DNA of 64,000 nucleotides, taken from positions 32,149 through 96,148 of the forward strand of contig JAHFNS010000002.1 of the NCBI GenBank assembly GCA_023267215.1, read 5' to 3'. Position numbers and translations under genes: made by a program. Shown in pieces: positions 44,098-54,790 of this stretch (positions are counted from its first letter, which is position 1; every line of letters starts with the position of its first letter). Origin of the DNA: Candidatus Nomurabacteria bacterium (GTDB lineage: Bacteria > Patescibacteriota > Minisyncoccia > Phycocordibacterales > UBA9973). The notes under the pieces were generated by a model. The model was not told where the DNA came from. It did no database searches and saw only the letters and a program-made list of their open reading frames with translations.

Positions 44098-45306
44098 CTA
44101 CTGTATATTGCCAGCTAGGTTGTAAATAGGCATCAAAATAGAAACTAAGAGCAAACCCACTCCTAAACCTAAAACCACTATCATTATTGGCTCGATCAAA
44201 CCCACTAGAGTGTCGATAGCATCATCCACTTCTTTTTTGTAAAAATCTGCTAGGGTTTTTAAAATCTCTCCCAGAGAACCTGTTTCTTCACCTACTTTTA
44301 TCATTTGAATTAAAATACCTGGGACTTGTTCTCCATGTTTTTCAAAGGCAACAGAGAAAGATAGACCAGACTTCACTCCATCTGCTACATCTTTTAAAAT
44401 TTCTTTATAAACTCTACTACCTACAACTTCTGAGGTTATGTCTATCGCTCGAACTATCGGAATACCTGAGGTAAGCATCGTATCCATATTGTCTGCAATT
44501 CTGGAAAGATAAAGTTTCGTATAAAGATTACCAACTGCGGGAATAGAAAGACGAACTTTATCAAGATATGTTTTCCCTTTTTCTGTCTTAGAAAGTCTCC
44601 AAAGCCACAAACCAAGAAGAATCATAAAGATAATAAAAATAAAACCATAATTCACAAAAAAGTTTGAAACAGCAATAACTATTTTTGTATAAACTGGAGC
44701 TTCTTGTCCGGAATCTAAAATAATAGCTGATAATTTTGGGATAACAACGACAAACATAAGCCCCATAACTACAAAAAAAGTACAGATGACAAATATTGGA
44801 TAAATAAGTGCATTTTTTGTTTTAGAAGTAAGAGAGTATTGTCGATTTAAATAATTTGCTAAGTGGTCGAAAGTTTCATTCAACTTACCAGTCTCTTCAC
44901 CCACTTTGACCATATTGACATAAAAATTAGAAAATACATCCGGATGTTTTGCTAAAGCACCTGAAATAGAGATCCCGGCTTGGATATCATCACCTATTTC
45001 TGTAAGTTTTCTAGATAAAATTTTATTCTCTGTGTTGGTAGCAAGCATTGTAAAAGCTTTCAAGGCAGAAACTTGTGCTCCGAATAAAGTAGAGATTTGT
45101 CTAGAAAGAATCACAATATCTTTCATTGGCACTTTTTCAAAAAAAGAAAAAGAAAGAAAGTTTTTACTTTTTGATTCCTCTTTAATGGAAACAATAATGA
45201 GATTCCTTCGTTGAAGACCACTGATAGCTAGATCTTGACTCGGTGCATCAATTTCTCCTATTTTCTCTATTCCTTTATCATCTACTGCTTTATATTTGAA
45301 TAACAT
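44098..45306 (-). CDS. pilC: Type IV pilus platform protein
   Basis: Two GEETG motifs, LIYP, EP motifs. Confidence 0.93.
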   Translation of the reverse strand: MLFKYKAVDDKGIEKIGEIDAPSQDLAISGLQRRNLIIVSIKEESKSKNFLSFSFFEKVPMKDIVILSRQISTLFGAQVSALKAFTMLATNTENKILSRKLTEIGDDIQAGISISGALAKHPDVFSNFYVNMVKVGEETGKLNETFDHLANYLNRQYSLTSKTKNALIYPIFVICTFFVVMGLMFVVVIPKLSAIILDSGQEAPVYTKIVIAVSNFFVNYGFIFIIFMILLGLWLWRLSKTEKGKTYLDKVRLSIPAVGNLYTKLYLSRIADNMDTMLTSGIPIVRAIDITSEVVGSRVYKEILKDVADGVKSGLSFSVAFEKHGEQVPGILIQMIKVGEETGSLGEILKTLADFYKKEVDDAIDTLVGLIEPIMIVVLGLGVGLLLVSILMPIYNLAGNIQ

Positions 45307-45322
45307 AATTTTTTGTCTTTGA

Positions 45323-45375
45323 TTTCCCCTAAGCTGGGCTTAAGGAAACTTCCCCTAAGCCCAGCTTAGGGGAAA
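45323..45375. repeat. Intergenic palindrome (CTAAGCnnnGCTT family; related copy at 56635-56670)
   Basis: TTTCCCCTAAGCTGGGCTTAAGG...CCCTAAGCCCAGCTTAGGGGAAA. Confidence 0.8.
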
Positions 45376-45380
45376 AATTA

Positions 45381-46439
45381 TTAAATTAAACGTTCTAAAC
45401 CTCTTGGATTTAAAGAAAATTGATAAGCATTCTCTATGGTAATTTCTCCTGCACGAACTAACTCTATTAATGAATGGTTTAAATCTATCATACCAGATTC
45501 CATTCCTGTTTCTATAATCACATCAATTTCTTTCGTGCGTTTTTCGCGAATCAAATTAGAAACTGCATCGTTATTTAATAACAATTCATAAGCAGGAACG
45601 AGTCCACCAGAAATTCTTGGTATAAGTCTTTGAGAAAAAATACCAAGTAAACTTGAAGCAAGTTCAGTACGAATTTGTTCTTGTTGATCACCTGGAAAAG
45701 AATCAATAATTCTATCTATTGTCTGAGAAGCATTATTTGTGTGCAAGGTCGATAAAACAAGATGCCCTGTTTCGGCTGCTGTTACGGCTGTAGCAATCGT
45801 TTCTGGATTACGCATTTCACCCACCATTATAACATTCACATCTTCCCGAAAAACTGATCTCAAAGCTGTATAAAAATCTTTGGTATCAATACCAATCTCT
45901 CGTTGATCGATAATGGATTTATTAGGGGTAAAAACATATTCAATCGGATCTTCAATCGTTATAATATGGCGAGCTTGTTCGTTATTAATTAAATTTACCA
46001 TGGATGACAAAGTAGTTGATTTGCCTTGTCCGACAGGGCCAACCACCAAGAAAAATCCTTGTTTTTTACGAGCCAACTCTCCGATAATTGGCGGTAAATG
46101 TAATTCTTCAAAAGATTTCACTTTCGGTACTAATCGAAGAGCAATACTAATCAATCCTTTTTGAAAGAAAGCATTACCACGAAGACGAGCCTCCCCACGG
46201 AAATCATAAGAAAAATCTACTTCTTGATCTTCTAAAAATTTTTTTAATTTTGTTTCTCCTAAAATTTGACTCAAAATACCAACCATATCTTCTTTAGTTA
46301 AGATTGCTTCTTTTACAAGAAAGATAAGTTCACCCATCACACGAATAGCAGGCACCTTCCCTACCCCTAGATGTAAATCCGAACCATTCTGGTTCATCAC
46401 TGTCTCAATAAATTCTTCTAGTTTTTGTTTATAATCCAT
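45381..46439 (-). CDS. pilT: Type IV pilus retraction ATPase
   Basis: GPVGQGKSTT, TIEDPIE, AAETGHLVLSTLH, VSNLIRE. Confidence 0.93.
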   Translation of the reverse strand: MDYKQKLEEFIETVMNQNGSDLHLGVGKVPAIRVMGELIFLVKEAILTKEDMVGILSQILGETKLKKFLEDQEVDFSYDFRGEARLRGNAFFQKGLISIALRLVPKVKSFEELHLPPIIGELARKKQGFFLVVGPVGQGKSTTLSSMVNLINNEQARHIITIEDPIEYVFTPNKSIIDQREIGIDTKDFYTALRSVFREDVNVIMVGEMRNPETIATAVTAAETGHLVLSTLHTNNASQTIDRIIDSFPGDQQEQIRTELASSLLGIFSQRLIPRISGGLVPAYELLLNNDAVSNLIREKRTKEIDVIIETGMESGMIDLNHSLIELVRAGEITIENAYQFSLNPRGLERLI

Positions 46440-46495
46440 AATTAGTTAATTATACTACAAAACAAACTACAATTAAATGGCTTGTGGACAACTTT

Positions 46496-46828
46496 TTAGT
46501 AATAAAATATTTCATTTAGTGAAAAGAAAATTTCTTTCAATTGTTCACCCGTAATTTCTCCAATTTTTTTAAACATTCTTTCTTTAGCAATAGTACGTAT
46601 CTGAAAAGTAATAATCTCAGAGTCTTTGCTTAATTTATTTATTTTATTTTTATCAAGTTTTACACAACCAGCATAATTTTTAATCTTGCTTGAAATAGGA
46701 CAAATAATGAAAACACCTAAATTTTTATTCATTGTGTTTCCAGAGATAATAACCACTGGTCTCTTCCCTTTTTGTTCTTTGCCTCTAGCTGGATTAAGAT
46801 TCGCCAAATAAATATCTTTTTGCAACAT
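46496..46828 (-). CDS. mazF: MazF/PemK toxin
   Basis: NLNPARGKEQKGKRPVVIIS, QIRTIAKER. Confidence 0.88.
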   Translation of the reverse strand: MLQKDIYLANLNPARGKEQKGKRPVVIISGNTMNKNLGVFIICPISSKIKNYAGCVKLDKNKINKLSKDSEIITFQIRTIAKERMFKKIGEITGEQLKEIFFSLNEIFYY

Positions 46829-46830
46829 AA

Positions 46831-47079
46831 TTATTTTTCAAGGTTTATAAGTTCCTTAAAATAATCCCCCATTCCATCTTCTGCCATATTTTTTATTTCT
46901 AAATCTAAAGATGCTTTTTTAAAAGAATGAGCATATTCATTTTGACGAACCGATTTTCTAAAATCATTTAAGGCTTTTTCTAAAACAGCTCGTCTAGTTA
47001 ATTTTTGACGAGTAGAATAAGTTTCCATCCATTCCATTAATTCAGAAGATAAATTGTTTGTGAAAGTTATAGATTTCAT
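46831..47079 (-). CDS. Probable antitoxin (ribbon-helix-helix-like)
   Basis: 82 aa, directly upstream of mazF; beta-helix-helix-like N-terminus and acidic tail. Confidence 0.7.
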   Translation of the reverse strand: MKSITFTNNLSSELMEWMETYSTRQKLTRRAVLEKALNDFRKSVRQNEYAHSFKKASLDLEIKNMAEDGMGDYFKELINLEK

Positions 47080-47167
47080 ATGTTTTTATTATATTTATAA
47101 TATATATGTATTATACATAAATATCAATTTAATGCAAATACTTATCAAATGTGGATTAAATATAAGA

Positions 47168-48625
47168 CTATTTAATAGTAAAATTAGAAACAAAAATTTT
47201 ACCATAAGGTTTCCACGGATCCATCCCCTTTTCTTCATAAAATCCATATCTATCACTATTCCAACTTAAATTAAAGTCTATAAATTTTTCTTCATTCAAT
47301 GGTTCAATTTTTATTTTTTTTCCAATTAATGATTCATCAAGCTTATGAAGATTAATAGGGTAAATTATTTTTCCATCATCAAGTAGTATTGAATAATTCA
47401 AAGCATTAATTTTTTTAACAATATATTCTCTATTAAATTCGTTCTTAGTCTTAGAATAAATCTGTTTTAAAACCTCGCGATCGGTGAAATCAAAATTATA
47501 AGCATCAGAATAGTTAAATGCTCTTATCTTTCTATTTAATAATTCATCTGAAAGAAAAATTTTAACGTTATTTATTTTGGAAATATTAGAAAGATTATAT
47601 TTACTCTTTAATCCATAACCTTGCTTAGTGAAGTATATTACTGACGGCAAAGAAACTTTCACATAATTATTTAATACATTCTTATCAAGAAAATTTTGCA
47701 TTGACTTATAATCCAAAGTCTCGTCGTTTTTATCTAAAGAATAAAATCCATTCAAATAAACCTCTCTGCCATCATCTAAAGTCAAAATTACAGACCCACT
47801 AAAACTAATAGCTTTTATTACTTTTCTAGATTCTTGAAAATATTGTTCAACTGTTTTATAAAAATTTTTTGAAAAATCACTTATTTTCCCAGTAGAATCC
47901 TCAAATAATGCTTTCTCCTTAGCAAGATATTTAGATTCTGTTGATTTGATTAATTCAACTGATTTTTTAGATTTATCTACCTTTAAATATACAGGTAGAT
48001 AAGTACTTTTATCTTCACCATAACCATAAGCTGAAACAATTATTTCATATTCAATATCACTATATGGAAAAATAGTAATTGCACTATTTCCTTTTCCACC
48101 CCCATATGATCCTGCTAGTGAGTGCAAACCTAAAGTTTTTTTATCAAAATAAGAAAGTACTTTTGTTTTTTGACTATCTTCAAAAACTGAAATAGTAAAA
48201 TCAACTGTTTTAGACATTCCCCCGTCTGGAAATGTACAGATACCTACAGGCATTCTGTATTTTTCTACTGCTTCAACAGGATAAAAATCTTCTATTTTCC
48301 CAGAGTGAAAAGATTCATCTATGTGAGCAGCTTCGATATCTGCGACCTCATTTCTAATAGTATTTTCATGACAAAAAGGTATTTTTGATAATACAAAATA
48401 TGATAATACTATTATACTGAAAAAAATAATCCATTTTTTATAATGTATTTTATTTTTGAATAAAAATTCAAATTTATTCTTTTCTAAAGATAAAACTTTC
48501 TTAAACCCTTCTTCAATATCTTGTGCATTCCAGCCGTTGGCTAAAAGTTCACTAGTTATTTTTTCTTTTGTTAAACCCGACTGTAATTGTTGTTTAATAA
48601 AATCTAACAATGGTTGATTAATCAT
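47168..48625 (-). CDS. Membrane-anchored hypothetical protein
   Basis: Short helical N-terminal domain, one TM segment, large external region. Confidence 0.55.
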   Translation of the reverse strand: MINQPLLDFIKQQLQSGLTKEKITSELLANGWNAQDIEEGFKKVLSLEKNKFEFLFKNKIHYKKWIIFFSIIVLSYFVLSKIPFCHENTIRNEVADIEAAHIDESFHSGKIEDFYPVEAVEKYRMPVGICTFPDGGMSKTVDFTISVFEDSQKTKVLSYFDKKTLGLHSLAGSYGGGKGNSAITIFPYSDIEYEIIVSAYGYGEDKSTYLPVYLKVDKSKKSVELIKSTESKYLAKEKALFEDSTGKISDFSKNFYKTVEQYFQESRKVIKAISFSGSVILTLDDGREVYLNGFYSLDKNDETLDYKSMQNFLDKNVLNNYVKVSLPSVIYFTKQGYGLKSKYNLSNISKINNVKIFLSDELLNRKIRAFNYSDAYNFDFTDREVLKQIYSKTKNEFNREYIVKKINALNYSILLDDGKIIYPINLHKLDESLIGKKIKIEPLNEEKFIDFNLSWNSDRYGFYEEKGMDPWKPYGKIFVSNFTIK

Positions 48626-48661
48626 ATAGATATTTAATTATAAATAAAAAACAATGAAAAA

Positions 48662-50410
48662 TTACTCATTCTCATTCACGAAACCGTAAACCTCTTTATA
48701 TGGAATAATTCCATTTATCGCTTTTAACATCGCATCTTCTCGCATCATCAACATTCCATTTTTGCGAGCCACTTTATAAATTTCTGAATCAACTGGATTT
48801 TTTAAAATTACCACTTGCATTTCTTTATCTATTTTGAACATTTCAAAAATAGCAATACGACCGCGAGTGCCAGAAGGACAGTCTGGAGTCGGTACAGTAT
48901 CATACATTTCATTTTTAATTTCAATTTCTTTTTTAAATTCGTCTCCCAAATCTTTTATCTCATCTTCTATTTGGAGTTTGATACTTGGATCCATCGGTAC
49001 AAGTTTTCTACAAGCCGGAAATGTCGTTCGAGCTAGACGTTGAGCAATGGACAAAATAAGTGTTGGAGCGATAAGGTATGGATCCACACCCATATCAATT
49101 AAACGAGGAATAGCTCCGATAGCATTATTGGTGTGTAAAGTAGATAAAACAAGATGCCCTGTCAAAGCAGCTTGAATAGCCAATTGAGCTGTTTCTTTAT
49201 CACGAATTTCTCCAACCATTATTATGTCTGGATCTTGACGAAGAATAGAACGCAGCCCCGAAGCAAAGGTGTATCCTATTTCAGGCATCATTTGAGATTG
49301 ATTGATGTCCGGCATATGATATTCGACTGGATCTTCTAGTGAAACAATGTTACTTGTTTCTTTATCAAGCTCATTCATCATTGAATATAAAGTGGTGGAT
49401 TTTCCAGAACCTGTCGGACCAGTGATCAAAATAAGTCCATAAGGTTTGGTAATAGCATCTCGAAGCATTTCAAGATTTCTTTTTGAGAGTCCTAACTGAT
49501 CAAGAGGTTTTACTCCTTTTTCTGAGTCCAAAATACGAATAACTACTTTCTCACCATAATAAGCAGGCATAGTAGAAACACGAAAATCAATCTTGTGTCC
49601 ATCGAGGCTAGTACTGAAAGATCCATCTTGAGGTTTTCTTTTTTCATCTAAACGCAACCTAGCTAAAATTTTTACTCTTGCCACTACCCCATTATAAACA
49701 TTTGGTGGTAAAACTGTTGTTGTATGTAAAAGACCATCTATTCGAAAACGGACTTTTACTTTTTGTCCAGTATTTTCTATATGTATATCAGAGGCATTGC
49801 TTTCTATGGCATTACGTAAAATAACAGCCACTATCTTAATAATTGGAGCATCTTCCACTATTTTTACTTCTTCGTTTGGCTTTACATTTTTCAGTTCTTG
49901 GTTTAGGTTTTTCGATTCACTTAAACTTTTTTCACTAATTGTTTCCTCATTAATTTCATTTAAGGCTTCTTCAACTTCTACTGATATTCCTCTATACCCT
50001 TCCATTATATTTTTATAATCACTATTGGAAATAAGAAAAATTTTAAAAGGAATACCTAATTTAGCTGAAATAAATTGTAAAGCATCGACAGCCTGAGTGT
50101 TGTCTCCATCCAGTATACCTATCTCAAGTATTCCTTCTTTAAATTCAATTGGAACAAAATGATAATAAGTAGCTGCATCCTCCGGAATATATTTAAAAAC
50201 TTCAAATGGAATTTCTTTAGCGTTTACTTTTTTTATAGGCATTTGAAGGTATTCTCCCTTCATTTCTAGAATTCTCTCTTCTCTAATACCAAATTCGATT
50301 AAAGCTTCATCGATATTACCTTCGTGCTTTTCTTTAGCAAGATTTTTTATTTCATCTATTTGGCCCTTGTTGATTACGCCCTTTTTTTCTAATTCTTCTA
50401 AAAAACTCAT
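48662..50410 (-). CDS. pilB: Type IV pilus assembly ATPase (GspE/PilB)
   Basis: ASDIHIE, PQDG, GPTGSGKSTT, LRQDPD, TGHLVLSTLH. Confidence 0.95.
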   Translation of the reverse strand: MSFLEELEKKGVINKGQIDEIKNLAKEKHEGNIDEALIEFGIREERILEMKGEYLQMPIKKVNAKEIPFEVFKYIPEDAATYYHFVPIEFKEGILEIGILDGDNTQAVDALQFISAKLGIPFKIFLISNSDYKNIMEGYRGISVEVEEALNEINEETISEKSLSESKNLNQELKNVKPNEEVKIVEDAPIIKIVAVILRNAIESNASDIHIENTGQKVKVRFRIDGLLHTTTVLPPNVYNGVVARVKILARLRLDEKRKPQDGSFSTSLDGHKIDFRVSTMPAYYGEKVVIRILDSEKGVKPLDQLGLSKRNLEMLRDAITKPYGLILITGPTGSGKSTTLYSMMNELDKETSNIVSLEDPVEYHMPDINQSQMMPEIGYTFASGLRSILRQDPDIIMVGEIRDKETAQLAIQAALTGHLVLSTLHTNNAIGAIPRLIDMGVDPYLIAPTLILSIAQRLARTTFPACRKLVPMDPSIKLQIEDEIKDLGDEFKKEIEIKNEMYDTVPTPDCPSGTRGRIAIFEMFKIDKEMQVVILKNPVDSEIYKVARKNGMLMMREDAMLKAINGIIPYKEVYGFVNENE

Positions 50411-50416
50411 AATTAA

Positions 50417-50959
50417 TTAAGGTGTCTTTGGATTTTTAGTTGGTGTTTTTGTTGTTTTTTCCGAACCTGCTGGAGAAGTAATTTTTGTAGTTGTTGATGG
50501 TACTATGGGCAAGAGTGAAGAGTTGTCTGGTGTCACAACAGTAGAAGGAATAATAGATATTGGTGATGTTGTTGGTAATGCAGTCATTTTTTCAAAACCA
50601 ATCGGAGCAAAAGGATTAGCCCTTCCTTCATCGTTTGGCGCATTGAGTAAGATACTAGAATCATGCAGATTAACAAAAACTTCATCTGAAAAGATCGCAT
50701 CATCTAACTTTATATTTTTTACACTCAAAAGCACAGAAAGAAGATCTTTAGTTATTAAAGAATTTTGACCTGAAGTATTAGAGGTAGAAGTGTTTGTGCC
50801 AGAAACTATTCCACTCGTATTTGAAGAAATTAAATTACCTTGATCTGGGGCTTTCTTAATAAAAAAAATGTATATCAAGATTAAAGCTGCTGCTATTACT
50901 GTAAATATGATTATATTTTTTATTTTTGACATATTATTATTTTTTAATTCTTTAGCCAA
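50417..50959 (-). CDS. Pilus-cluster membrane protein (possible PilP analogue)
   Basis: One TM segment, GRANPFAP motif, Thr/Pro-rich tail; follows pilO. Confidence 0.5.
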   Translation of the reverse strand: MAKELKNNNMSKIKNIIIFTVIAAALILIYIFFIKKAPDQGNLISSNTSGIVSGTNTSTSNTSGQNSLITKDLLSVLLSVKNIKLDDAIFSDEVFVNLHDSSILLNAPNDEGRANPFAPIGFEKMTALPTTSPISIIPSTVVTPDNSSLLPIVPSTTTKITSPAGSEKTTKTPTKNPKTP

Positions 50960-51540
50960 TAAGTTTTTATTTTAAAATCATATCTGTAAGATTCAGCAAG
51001 TGATGAATTTAATCCTTGAGTTGTATCTGAAGAAAATTGAACTGAAGAGATATCAACAATCCTAAGATTATTTTCTAAATCTTTTACAAAATTAATGAAA
51101 TTGCTATAAGTCCCTTGGGTAGAAAATTCTAGATTCCAAATACCATAATTTTTTTGTGCAATATTCTCTCCTCCTGTGTTGCCAGATTGAGTTGGCACAA
51201 CACCCGCCGTACTATCTGTATCATATTTTACGTTCTTGAGAGCCATACCGTAAGGTGTTGCAATCTTTTCCACTTCTAAAATTAAACGAATATTATCAAC
51301 ATTATCAGGCAAAAGCTTTTGTAGCTTAGATAAACTTTCTACATCAAAAGAATTATATTTTTGAGTCAACTTGTCTCTCTCAGCTTCAAGGGCTTTAGAA
51401 TTATCTAAGGCTTCATTGTAAGAAGATATTTTTTCTCTTTTTAAAGATATGTCCTTGTAAATAGGATCAGTCCATATGAAAAATCCTGCAACAGCAACTC
51501 CTATTAAAATGGTCGGCAAAATATATTTAAACATAATCAA
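50944..51540 (-). CDS. pilO: PilO-like protein
   Basis: TM segment, coiled coil, LLP, GTYSNFINFVKDLENNLRIVDI. Confidence 0.8.
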   Translation of the reverse strand: MIMFKYILPTILIGVAVAGFFIWTDPIYKDISLKREKISSYNEALDNSKALEAERDKLTQKYNSFDVESLSKLQKLLPDNVDNIRLILEVEKIATPYGMALKNVKYDTDSTAGVVPTQSGNTGGENIAQKNYGIWNLEFSTQGTYSNFINFVKDLENNLRIVDISSVQFSSDTTQGLNSSLAESYRYDFKIKTYWLKN

Positions 51541-52175
51541 TTTATTGTTTGTCCATTATTTAAAATACCTGAAAGATTCTCGTTCTTTGTCTTGAGCATA
51601 TTCTTATAATCAACAAAAGTCGGATCAACTGAAAAATCCAAATCAAAAAGTACATTACCTTTATCGTCGAGTGAAAGATTAGAAAAAACAGGATCAATTA
51701 AATTTTTATTTTTTGAAAAAAGATCTGATTGAAGTGCGATAGATTGATACCCCAATGCCGTTCCACTCATTTTTACTAATATTTTTGAATTTTTGCCATT
51801 ATTTAATTCGTAGTCAAATTTATTATAACTAACAGTCTTCATCGTAAGTGCTTGAAGCGCTTGGAAAATAGGTGAAATGGTAACATGTTTTGATAAAATT
51901 TGACTTGCTGCACGTAGACGTTTGTCTAAAACTTGAAGCTGAAGAACTTTTGATGGTTCAAAACGATTCTGTGCTAAATTTAAATCATTTTCCATCTGAA
52001 CAATATTTCTTTCTAAATATCCATTATAAAAATAAAGGCCGAGAGTTATGATAACTACTATAAAAAAAATAAAAATAGCAACAATAGTAAATAAACCAAT
52101 CGGCTCTCTTGAAATAGCCGTTTTTTCAATCATCGGCTTTTTGGGTATAAAAGATGTTTGAAAATTTTGATCCAT
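51537..52175 (-). CDS. pilN: PilN-like protein
   Basis: TSFIPK N-terminus, TM segment, coiled coil; between pilM and pilO. Confidence 0.72.
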   Translation of the reverse strand: MDQNFQTSFIPKKPMIEKTAISREPIGLFTIVAIFIFFIVVIITLGLYFYNGYLERNIVQMENDLNLAQNRFEPSKVLQLQVLDKRLRAASQILSKHVTISPIFQALQALTMKTVSYNKFDYELNNGKNSKILVKMSGTALGYQSIALQSDLFSKNKNLIDPVFSNLSLDDKGNVLFDLDFSVDPTFVDYKNMLKTKNENLSGILNNGQTIN

Positions 52176-52198
52176 TTTGTTTATTATATTATCTCAAT

Positions 52199-53326
52199 TT
52201 ATTGCAATTTTCGCAAGGCTAATCCTAATGCAACAGCGAATTCTGGACCAGTAGTTTCAAGAACTTTTTCTAAAAACTCTGGAGCTCCAACTTTAGAAAA
52301 AGGAACACCTATCTCTATTTCCGCTCGAAAGTTGTCTGAAGCCACTTCTTTTAATCCTTTGAGTAATGATCCGCCTCCAGTAAATATGACCTTACTGATA
52401 GTTTTATCATATTTCTTTTCATACCCTAATAATACATTATTAGTTTCTGAAAAGATATAATCGATGTGAGTTTTTATTATATCCGCTAAGTTTTTTTCAG
52501 TGGGACTTTCAAAAAGGCCAAATTCTTTTTTTATTTCTTCTGCTTTAGAAAATGAAACGCCGAGGGATTGGGCAATGGAAGCAGAAATGTCTGCTCCACC
52601 ACGATTTACCGTGTGGTGACTTTTAATCATACCAAATTCTACTAAAGAAAGTTTGGTGCCAGACGCTCCAAAATCCATCAAAAGAATCAAGGAAAGTTCA
52701 TGCTCAAAATTGGATCGAATGGAAGAAAAAATTTCAATTTCAAAAAATCCAGCATCTAATTCACACTGAGAAACAATAGAACGGTATTTTGAAATTGCAT
52801 CGTTTTGGATAGCTACGACAAGAACTTCTGTTTTTTCTGGTAAAATAGAAGTCAAATCTGGATTGTTTGCTTCTTCAAAAGAAAGTTCTTTTTGAGGTAA
52901 AATAAAATAATCAAGAGAAACTTCTGTAATCGGCAATGGAATATATTTTCGAGCTTCGGTCGGAATAATAGACGCAACATCCCCTTTTTTAACTTGAGAA
53001 GGAAGTGAAATAGTAAAAATCAAACTTGACTGCACTGGGATAGAAAAAGCAGAAGAAGTGGTCGTGACTCCAGCTTGTTTAAAAACTTCTTTTAGGGCCT
53101 CCACTATTTTCTCAATAGAAAGATTGGTCACTCGTCCTGCATCAGTCAGAGCATAAGAACCGAGAGATATTGCTCCATAAGTTTCCAACATTGCTTTGCC
53201 TTTTCTTTTTTTTATTTCCACTACTTTTATAGCTGAAGAACCAATGTCTATACCAACAGCGCTACTCGTATCACCTCCTTTAAAAAGATTTAAATTGGAA
53301 AAAAATTTTATAATTGGATTATCCAT
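52199..53326 (-). CDS. pilM: Type IV pilus assembly protein PilM
   Basis: VGIDIGSSAIKVVE, DFGASGT, FTGGGS, FAVALGLALR. Confidence 0.93.
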   Translation of the reverse strand: MDNPIIKFFSNLNLFKGGDTSSAVGIDIGSSAIKVVEIKKRKGKAMLETYGAISLGSYALTDAGRVTNLSIEKIVEALKEVFKQAGVTTTSSAFSIPVQSSLIFTISLPSQVKKGDVASIIPTEARKYIPLPITEVSLDYFILPQKELSFEEANNPDLTSILPEKTEVLVVAIQNDAISKYRSIVSQCELDAGFFEIEIFSSIRSNFEHELSLILLMDFGASGTKLSLVEFGMIKSHHTVNRGGADISASIAQSLGVSFSKAEEIKKEFGLFESPTEKNLADIIKTHIDYIFSETNNVLLGYEKKYDKTISKVIFTGGGSLLKGLKEVASDNFRAEIEIGVPFSKVGAPEFLEKVLETTGPEFAVALGLALRKLQ

Positions 53327-53358
53327 TTTCTTAAAATATAGTTATAATTATAGCATAT

Positions 53359-54054
53359 ATGGAAATATTAAACACCATACTAAACATAGTTTTTCCTGTG
53401 AATTGCGTTTCTTGTGATAAAAGAGGTTCAGATTTGTGTACAAAATGCCTTTCAGAATCTCCCACTGCCGAAAGAGAAAGCGCTAATTGGATATTTCCCT
53501 TTTTTGACTATCGCCATATACCCATTAAAAAATCCATTTGGCTTTTAAAATATAAAGGTAAAAAAAGACTGGCAAGTATTTTTGCTGAAGTTATGTATGG
53601 TAGAATTATAGAAGAATTGTCTGATTTAAGTGTTTTAAATAATTTTCGAGAACCCATTTTAATTCCTATTCCCCTCTCCAAAAAGAGATACAGAGAACGT
53701 GGCTACAATCAAGCTGAACTAATTTGTAAAGAATTAATAAAAATAGATAAAAATAATAAAGCTGCACATCTACGCCATGGCGTAGATGTGCAGCTTGTGA
53801 ATAATTTTATTTTTAAAAAAAATGTTCTAGCAAAAATAAAAGAGACAGAGCATCAAGCCAATATTAAAGAGCGACATAATAGATTAAAAAATTTGATTGA
53901 TTCTTTCGCCATAAAAAATCCTGAATTAATAAAAAACAAAAATATAATTTTAATAGATGATGTGACAACCACCGGCACCACTTTGACTGAAGCAAAAAAA
54001 ATATTAAAACAAAATGGTGCCAGAAAAGTAATCGCTTTCACAATCGCACATTAG
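53359..54054 (+). CDS. comF: ComF-family competence protein (zinc finger plus PRTase)
   Basis: CVSC and CTKC, ERGYNQAEL, LIDDVTTTGTT. Confidence 0.92.
   Translation: MEILNTILNIVFPVNCVSCDKRGSDLCTKCLSESPTAERESANWIFPFFDYRHIPIKKSIWLLKYKGKKRLASIFAEVMYGRIIEELSDLSVLNNFREPILIPIPLSKKRYRERGYNQAELICKELIKIDKNNKAAHLRHGVDVQLVNNFIFKKNVLAKIKETEHQANIKERHNRLKNLIDSFAIKNPELIKNKNIILIDDVTTTGTTLTEAKKILKQNGARKVIAFTIAH
53759..53796. repeat. 38-bp perfect palindrome in frame within comF
   Basis: AAGCTGCACATCTACGCCA|TGGCGTAGATGTGCAGCTT; the 20-bp core is identical to 35948-35967 in truB. Confidence 0.92.
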
Positions 54055-54073
54055 ATGTGATAGTATATTTATC

Positions 54074-54751
54074 ATGCAACTAGTTTCATTTTTTCAGACT
54101 TATACATATTTGTTATGGGTATGTTTCCTTACTATCCCTTGGATTTTTATCTTTTTTAATAAAGAAACAAATAAAAGAGAAATGCTTTCCATAGGTACCT
54201 TATTTGGTATATTAGCCGTAATGATAGGAAAAAGATATTCTCTGCTTGATTATTGGCATCCTAATTATATTTTATTTCCTTTAGAAGATTTCCTGTATGC
54301 TTTTTTATTCAGTGGAATAATAACAGAATGGTATAAATTTTTCTTTTCTTTTTCAAAAAATAAACCAGGACAGAAACATTACATATTTGCATGGATGTCT
54401 TTATTTATAACAGTAATAAGTTTTATTCTCATTACAGATATTTTAGGATTTAATTCTTTTTTTTCCTACATAATGGCACCAATTTTAATTGGTATTTTTA
54501 TAGCCATCAAAAAACCACAAATATTTAAAATACAAGTTTTGAGTGCTTTATTTGCAACCATATTAACTTTTATTATTTTTCAAATACTTTTATTAGTTAA
54601 TCCAGATTTTGTAATGACAACCTGGAAGATTGAAAAATTAAGTGGAATATTATTTTTAAGTATTCCCATAGAAGAATATATATTCGCCTTTTCTTTAGGC
54701 TTTGGTCTTTCACTTTTTTATAAATTTATTTCTGGCAGAGAATTAGAATAA
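54074..54751 (+). CDS. Lycopene-cyclase-domain-like membrane protein
   Basis: Duplicated TM module with FPLEDFLY and IPIEEYIF motifs. Confidence 0.6.
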   Translation: MQLVSFFQTYTYLLWVCFLTIPWIFIFFNKETNKREMLSIGTLFGILAVMIGKRYSLLDYWHPNYILFPLEDFLYAFLFSGIITEWYKFFFSFSKNKPGQKHYIFAWMSLFITVISFILITDILGFNSFFSYIMAPILIGIFIAIKKPQIFKIQVLSALFATILTFIIFQILLLVNPDFVMTTWKIEKLSGILFLSIPIEEYIFAFSLGFGLSLFYKFISGRELE

Positions 54752-54790
54752 AAACTGCTCAACAATTTTGCTGAGCAGAAATTTTATTTT

